Positions 58,696 through 64,000 of a stretch of DNA of 64,000 nucleotides are shown piece after piece. Location: the NCBI RefSeq assembly GCF_009914755.1, contig NC_060926.1; one strand, given 5' to 3'. Made by a program: the position numbers and the translations under genes. The stretch's first letter is position 1. Every line of letters starts with the position of its first letter. The notes beneath the pieces were generated by a model that searched no databases, had not been told where the DNA came from, and worked only from the letters and a program-made list of their open reading frames with translations. Origin of the DNA: the human T2T-CHM13v2.0 reference genome, Homo sapiens.

Positions 58696-59370
58696 GTGTG
58701 CACTCAAGCATGTGTGTGTTCGGGGTGTGTGGGTATGGGTGTGAGACATGGTCATATGGGTTCTGTGTACCTGCATGTGTGACACAGGTGTGGGTGCAGA
58801 AGAGGGCACGGGGTGTCTGGTGCATGGGTGCCTGTATGCACGTGGGGTGGTTGCGTGCATCTGTGAGTGCACATCTATGGTATGTGTGTATGCTTGTGCA
58901 TACATGCCTGTGTGTTTGCATGTGTGGTGTGGTATGGTGTGCGGGAATGCATGGGCGGATATAAGTGTGGGTGTCTTAGTGGATGTGTGCATGGATGTAG
59001 TATGTGATGTGGCTGGATGTGGGTATGACGTGTGCAGTATGAGAGTAGGGTTCTGTAGCACGTGTGTGTATGCAGTATGTATGTTTGTGGTACATGTGCA
59101 TTGTGTGTGGCTGGGGGTGGGTTGCATATGTTGCATATGGAGTGAGGTGTTTGTGATGTGTGTGGGTGTGTGCGGTGGGTATATGCTGGTACCTGTGTGC
59201 ATGTGTGTTGGTGTGTGGAGTGGCTATAGGTGACATGTGATGCCATGTGTGCTTCCTGAGCTTGTTTGTGGTTGTTCCCAGACCCACTGCAGACTCAAGC
59301 ATGGCTCCACATGGCACCACCACAGGATAAGCCTCTGTGTGTATGCAGTATGTATGTTTGCGGTATGTCT
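58696..59370. repeat. Degenerate TG-rich low-complexity tract
   Basis: Dense TG/TGCA/TATG text; source of the His/Thr- and Cys/Val-rich ORFs in the track. Confidence 0.85.
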
Positions 59371-60139
59371 GTGCCTTGGGAGCTGGTGGGGAGGAGGGTC
59401 TCACCCTTGTCTGTCCCTGGGCATCCACTATGGCTGCACTGGGAAGCCACTGGGTGCAATGGTGTTGCTGTGTGGGACGGGGCCTCAGGCCCACAGGCAG
59501 CAAGCATAGACCAGATCCACCCAGCACCCTGACTGTTGAGGATGGGCCCTGGCTGTGTCTCTCTAGCCCAGCTAGCTCCTACTGCATAGTCAGGCCTTGG
59601 GAGGGAGGAATCACTGAATGGATTTCCTTCCTCCTGCCCTGCTTGGATAGGGGCACTTGTGGATGCTTCTGGCTCCAACTTTTGTGTGCAGTGACTATGA
59701 TGGAGAAGTGATGAGCTCCCTCTTCAGCCTTCTGGGCTGCTGGCATCCCCAGTATGTTTCTCCCTGGAGACACTCTCAGTGAGGCCAATTCCAGGCTGCT
59801 GGGGGCTTTTCCTTCTGTCACTGTCGGGCCTCCACAGGGATCTGCCTGGCTGCAAGATGCTGATGGGTGGAGGGGTGGCCCACCTGGCCTCCAGAAGCAG
59901 GAGCTCCCTGCCCACTGCCCGCATGGCCCTCAGCCCTGGCCCTCACCTGTTGCCCTTCTGGAAGAACGTTGCTCTTGTTAGCTAACAACCACCTGACTTT
60001 CCTTGATCTGTCTCTCCCTGAGGCAAGAATGACCTAGGTCTGAAGACTGAAGACCAGTGCTGGGGCCCCTCTTGGAAGGCCAAGGAAGTGGAGAAGTGCC
60101 CAGGTCTGGTCTGCTTAGCCTCCTGCTAGTTGTTGGAGC

Positions 60140-60292
60140 TCTTTGAGCCTTGGTTTCCAAACCCATAAACTGGGAGAATGACACCTACCCCAGCAGCACA
60201 GAGGGATCTTTGCAATAATGTGCAAACCCACTCAGCATGATGCGTGGCACAAAGCACAAACCCAATAAATGGTGGCTATTATCACTATTATT
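60140..60292 (+). mobile_element. MIR SINE 3' half
   Basis: CTCTTTGAGCCTTGGTTTCC..ATAAACTGGGAGAATGACACCTACC...TGGCACA...CAATAAATGGTGGCTATTAT. Confidence 0.75.
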
Positions 60293-63200
60293 TTATTTCA
60301 TAGATTCAAATATTGAGAATGAAATAAATATATCAGAAAGTAGTAGCATCGTGCCATCAGAAAAATACTCTGATGGGGTCCTAGCGATCTTATCCATGAA
60401 AATAAAATATCAAAAGAAAGACAAGACGATCTAGAAAGAAGGGATGCCGGCAGTCTTAGAAAAAACAAATAAACAAAAACAAACAAACAACAAAAAACAA
60501 AACTGGTGGCAGAGAGTGAGACAACAGGAGCAAATATAGGGCCAGCCAGACAGACACTGCTTCCTCTCCCTTTGACAGGCAGGACAGCGGCCCGCTCCCA
60601 AATCTGCAGGGTCAGACGCGGTAGATGAACAGTGATTTGCCTGAGTGTAAATATTGTGATGTCTTTCTTTTCTTGAACTTTTAACCTTGCTGGTAAACAG
60701 GGTGCATCCAGAATTGTTTTTCTGAGAACTGAGTTTTGAGGAAATGGGGGGAAAAGGGTTTTTATTAGCTAATTTTCAGTCTTGTGCGTGACTCAAAACC
60801 TTCTTATTCTGTTTCTTAACTTTGCTTCAGGAGACACTTGGCCAAAAAATAGCTTTGTTTTTAATTGATGAAAGAAAAATCATTACAATGTGTAAGTATG
60901 CCAATTCAAACATGGCAAAACTTTCAAAGACAAAGCAGGGGTGGGGAGGTCATTCTGAAGAAGATTTCTGAGACAAGAAAAACAACCAATCCAAATCCCC
61001 ATTTGTGTTTTCTAATGAGAAACTCCTCACACGCCATTGCCCTGCTGACCCCGGTCTTACCTTGACCACCTCGCCCCATCTTCATCTGTTATAACTTCTG
61101 AGATATTGTAATGGAAGTATAGAGTAAGCCTGAGATACACTCTCAGCATTCAAGGTGCTGCCTTCCTTTCTCCAGGCAGGAGGCTGACACAGCCGCCTTT
61201 ATTTACAAATGCCGTAAATTGACTGCAGGATCCTTTCGTGAGAAAGGAGAATAACGGCAGGGAACCATCCCAGCAAAATGAAGTTCTGGGCTCCACCGCC
61301 AGCTTTTCCCTCGAAGGTCATATTTCACGTCTGCCCTGTAATTTCATGAATTGTTCAATGAAGATGTGACTTATTGGCTTCCAAGCTTCATGGAGGTGTT
61401 GTCCAAATACAAGGTCCATAAAGTGCTTTGGAAGGCTTGGAGGAACAAAGAAACACTCTTGATCTGAGGTTGTGATGGAGTCTCCTCAACATTGTAGCCG
61501 ATGATGGCGAGTGCTGGAGGGTTCATCAGACCTGACAGCAACCCCAGCCTTCAAACCACTCTCTCCCCTCACTATTCATACCTGCATTTGTGTCTGTTCA
61601 GTTGAATGCTGGCAGACCGTCTTTCAAATAATGCTCCAGTTGGAAAGTAAACTGAGGACATTGAGAATAAATATCTCCAGTCTTCTAAGCTATACGGCAG
61701 TGTTGCTGGGACCTGTAAGAAAGTTTCTCTCTGCCATCTTAGAAGAAGGAGGAAGAGGAGAAGGAAGCAGGAAAATGGAACAAATTGCCGTACCTTTGTA
61801 AAAGATGAGATTGAAATAAATCACAAAGAGTGTTAAAACAGGCAGCTTGTGGGAAGCCAATTGCTAACACTCTCAGGCCCCATCCTTTCCTCCTCCTCTT
61901 CCTTTCAGAATAAATTAAAGAATGGGCCCAAGTCCATGTTGTGTGTATGGTATCTTTATCTGATTGACCTCGTACTCCTAATAATATCTTATCTTCGCTT
62001 GTAAATCATTAGCACCCTTTTCCGTTCTCCCGGCATGTTACTTCTTTAAATGTGATGAACACTCACAGGAGTCCGCTCTGCAGACAGACAAAGCTACTGC
62101 AAGGATCCTCTGTCATTCATTTGGCGATTTGGTCCCGAAGGCCTCAGCTGGCTTTACTAGCAAAGTGTTTCACAAATTCCCATAGCCCTGCAAACAGCCA
62201 CTCCCCCAAAGCAAACAACCTGAGACATCAGGTAAACACTGAAGAATGGAAATTTCATTCATTTTCCTGCCTGCATCCTCTCTAGTTGACAGAGAATGTC
62301 AGTCAATGCAAGATTTGTTGAGAGTGGTACATTTGAGGATTTATTTGTAGGCTGTGTTAATATACTTTTGAGAAATTCAGTTGTATCTAATTAATGCTTT
62401 TTTCCCTTTGATTCATTCCAAACTATTTAAATTGGAAAATTGTGTGCTATTTGAAGATGCACTTCAAAACTCCTTTTGTTGTCATGGTGCCTGTTGTCAC
62501 TGCTTTTTGTTGGTTGGTTCTTGTTTCTATAGGGCCCCTCCTCTTTGGGATCGTGTGGGTACAGATGAGACTCACAGTTCCCTAGCCAGATGATCTATAG
62601 AAGTTTTTCAAAGACTGCATAGGTAGTGTTACTGAACATAGTTCATATGTGTGTGTGTGTTTCTAACCTTGCAAGCTCCTTGCAAAACTACATAAATACT
62701 TGTATTTAAGTTGTGCTATGCATATGAACATACCTTATTATGAGAAAGGTAGATTTTAAAGTATTCCTTCCATGGGTAAATAAGTCTTCCCTGATGATAA
62801 ATCATTACAGTTGCTTTCACCTCCCAAACTCCTTTAGCTCTCCTCTCCCATTCAGCCCCTGTAGAAAAGGGCTCCCTTTATTTACTGCCCCACTTGTTGC
62901 AAGTTGGGGGTTATTTCTTTAAGTCTAACTTAATATTCCTTGTATTTAGTTCAAACTGAAAAATTCTCATGTGTAACCGCCGGGCAGGGCAGAGGGAAGT
63001 AGTGTCTACTTTAAATCCGTTGCAGCACATGAACTTAAATGACAAAACAAACACAGAAGACTGAAAAGTCAGAGACCCTCTTAAAGAAAAGCTTACAAAA
63101 TTATAGTGTCCACTCTAGGCAGGACTTTCATATCCTTTATCTAACTGTCACATGATGGGGTGACATGTTGATCCCCCCACAGCCTGGATGATAGAAATAT

Positions 63201-63312
63201 TTGTGGTTTGATATGCGTCAGCACTTATGACTTTGGCATAAAATACAATCTCCTTTGTTTCTTCCCCAAATTCAAGAAGTGCATCTTTCCATAATATTGA
63301 GAATAGAACCTA

Positions 63313-63520
63313 ACATTTATTGAAAATCTACTAGCATATTTTGTCTTTAAAAAAAAAAAAAAGCACTTCCACATACTCAGCAATGGCCCAGTGAGGCAGA
63401 TAATAGCTTCATCCCATCTCACAATGGTGAAATAAAGATCAGAGGGAGCCAGTAACTTACCCAAAATGACTCCCTTAGGAGGTGGCAGAGCCCATACTCA
63501 AAGCCAGTTTGTTTAACCAA
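63313..63520 (-). mobile_element. MIR SINE
   Basis: ACATTTATTGA...ATCCCATCTCACAATGGTGAAA..GATCAGAGGG...GTAACTTACCCAA...GGTGGCAGAGC. Confidence 0.65.
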
Positions 63521-64000
63521 ACTGCTTAAAATGTCAACTTAGTTTGCAAAACAGCCCTATGTGGTTGGTGGTATTATCTGCAATTCATCACCAACACCCC
63601 AGGCCCAGGGCAAAGCTAAAAGCAAAGCTAAAAACAAAGCTAACAGCCAGAGTGACCAGAACTGGGTCTCACCTCTGCTACACCTGTGCCAGGGAGAGGA
63701 GATGAACACTCTAAAGTGCTTTCATGCACTTGGGGGCCTTCCTGTCCAAGTGCAGTATAAATGTTCTTTGTGCCACATCTTAAAGGAATCCTCTTACAGA
63801 AAGGGCTTCCCATCTGAGTGGCAAGACCCAAGGCTAGGCTGATGCCTCTTCCTTTGCTATGTGAGACCTGAAGGCAAAGTCTGCCTGGACTGACAGAGAT
63901 GGATGTGGCCTCCATCTGTCTGTGTGTCATGACAGAAAGGAGGTGGGAAAACTTGGAAAATGGGAACCCTCACTTTCCTGAAATTCCCAGCAATCAGTTC

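Noticed and set aside
58588-59527. Longest ORFs in the track (204, 183 and 161 aa; His/Thr- or Cys/Val-rich)
   Set aside because: They arise from a stop-poor TG/CA low-complexity tract that is open in several frames at once.

Overview
Primate, almost certainly human, non-coding DNA rich in interspersed repeats (Alu, L1, L2, MIR, MaLR/ERVL LTRs, MER/Tigger DNA transposons). From memory, 51239-~51549 matches the shared/terminal exon of the lncRNA CYTOR (LINC00152, formerly C2orf59/MGC4677). The sequence itself shows its splice acceptor, ATTAAA poly(A) signal and GU-rich downstream element on the + strand. A likely alternative first exon (~300-816) sits just after an MLT1 LTR, so most of the window is one ~50 kb intron plus downstream sequence. 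The near-identical paralog MIR4435-2HG cannot be excluded without alignment. I found no conventional protein-coding gene, tRNA, rRNA or CRISPR array, and most ORF-track entries are Alu or simple-repeat artefacts. I cannot support a wholly new biological system. The best lead is the translation architecture of the lncRNA exon: a 6-codon uORF whose stop overlaps the ATG of a 104-codon ORF that loses its stop on polyadenylation, plus a complete 52-aa ORF below the track cutoff. Other leads are CpG-retaining AT-rich intronic patches and several unusual retroelement structures. Repeat subfamily calls are by eye and boundaries are approximate.
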